From the NCBI GenBank assembly GCA_965243205.1, contig CBDEUK010000002.1, forward strand, positions 640,001 through 704,000: a DNA stretch of 64,000 nucleotides, written 5' to 3'. Position numbers and translations under genes: made by a program. Position 1 is the stretch's first letter, and each line of letters begins with the position of its first letter. This stretch comes from Gammaproteobacteria bacterium. Lineage in GTDB: Bacteria; Pseudomonadota; Gammaproteobacteria; Eutrophobiales; Eutrophobiaceae. Shown piece after piece: positions 63,330 to 64,000 of the stretch. The notes below the pieces were generated by a model. That model was not told the DNA's origin and searched no databases. It saw nothing but the letters and a program-made list of their open reading frames with translations.

Positions 63330-64000
63330 TTAATCATGTATATCTAATACATGGAGTGCTTGAGCATTAGGATATACATCAGCTAATTTATATCGTCTCT
63401 TACGTTTAACTAATAATCCTCCTCCATTCTGAATTTTATCGAGGATATAGTTATAAACCACTCGAGCGTCTATTGTTTTTTTCTGTGTAGCGAAACCATA
63501 CACTAAAGATATTTCAGCAATATTATTAATTAATCTAGGCACACCATCAGTGTAGTAATGAATAAATCTTCTAGCATCAGCTTCAAAGATATCAGGACTA
63601 CCGCCTGCTTTACTTAAACGATAGGAAATATATTCATCAGTTTCAGGAGGATCAAATGGGCTTAAATGATAATCAACAGAGACTCGTTGTGCTAACTGTT
63701 CTAAAAATGGCTCACGCAAAACATCACGTAGTTCAGGTTGCCCAACTAATATAATCTGAATGAGTTGATCTTTATCAACATTAATATTAGATATGACCCT
63801 AAGCTCTTCAAGAGTTTCAGGATCCATATTTTGAGCTTCATCAACAATTAATAATACTTTTTTTCCTTGTGCGTAATTATCAATAATAAAATCAATAAAT
63901 TCCTGATATTTCTCAACCTTGTCTTTGTCTTTGTAATCGAGGCCATATGCCATGGAGATCCAGGTCATTAAATCACCAAAATTTAAATGAGTATTGGTAA
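63330..64000 (-). CDS. ExeA-like AAA ATPase of PEP-CTERM/EPS locus (N-terminus beyond right edge)
   Basis: Walker B LLIVDEAQN, LEELR, LVGQPEL, QLAQR, GVPRLIN; frame open to window end. Confidence 0.9.
   Translation of the reverse strand, partial: TNTHLNFGDLMTWISMAYGLDYKDKDKVEKYQEFIDFIIDNYAQGKKVLLIVDEAQNMDPETLEELRVISNINVDKDQLIQIILVGQPELRDVLREPFLEQLAQRVSVDYHLSPFDPPETDEYISYRLSKAGGSPDIFEADARRFIHYYTDGVPRLINNIAEISLVYGFATQKKTIDARVVYNYILDKIQNGGGLLVKRKRRYKLADVYPNAQALHVLDIHD

Overview
Chromosomal segment of an AT-rich gammaproteobacterium, probably a C1-metabolising one since mtdA and fch are present. Three conserved housekeeping blocks form the backbone: (1) hupB-lon-clpX-clpP-tig, tRNA-Leu/His/Arg/Pro, cysS-ppiB-lpxH-ampE-ampD-nadC; (2) tRNA-Thr-thiO-ispH-lspA-ileS-ribF-murJ-rpsT; (3) proB-obgE-rpmA-rplU-ispB. 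Accessory genes lie between them: a REC-adenylate cyclase and a 6-Cys prepropeptide-like gene inside the tRNA cluster, egtC-egtB, fch/mtdA, a Sel1-SPOR protein, a tandem pair of unknown paralogs, a sigma54/IHF-promoted PEP-CTERM gene, an RtT-like tRNA-linked repeat, a LamG plus glycoside-hydrolase-like gene and a large VPLPA-CTERM protein. The right ~22 kb is an exosortase (XrtD-like) exopolysaccharide locus with TPR lipoprotein, WecA, glycosyltransferases, Wzx/Wzy, GDP-fucose genes, galE, TIGR03790 and an ExeA-like ATPase; it runs off the window. No CRISPR array, integrase, transposase or rRNA was seen. The best candidates for undescribed biology are the two hyaluronidase(GH56)-like paralogs tied to the EPS system, the tandem paralog pair and the Cys-rich peptide/cyclase islet. 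All family calls come from motif recognition by eye, not database searches.
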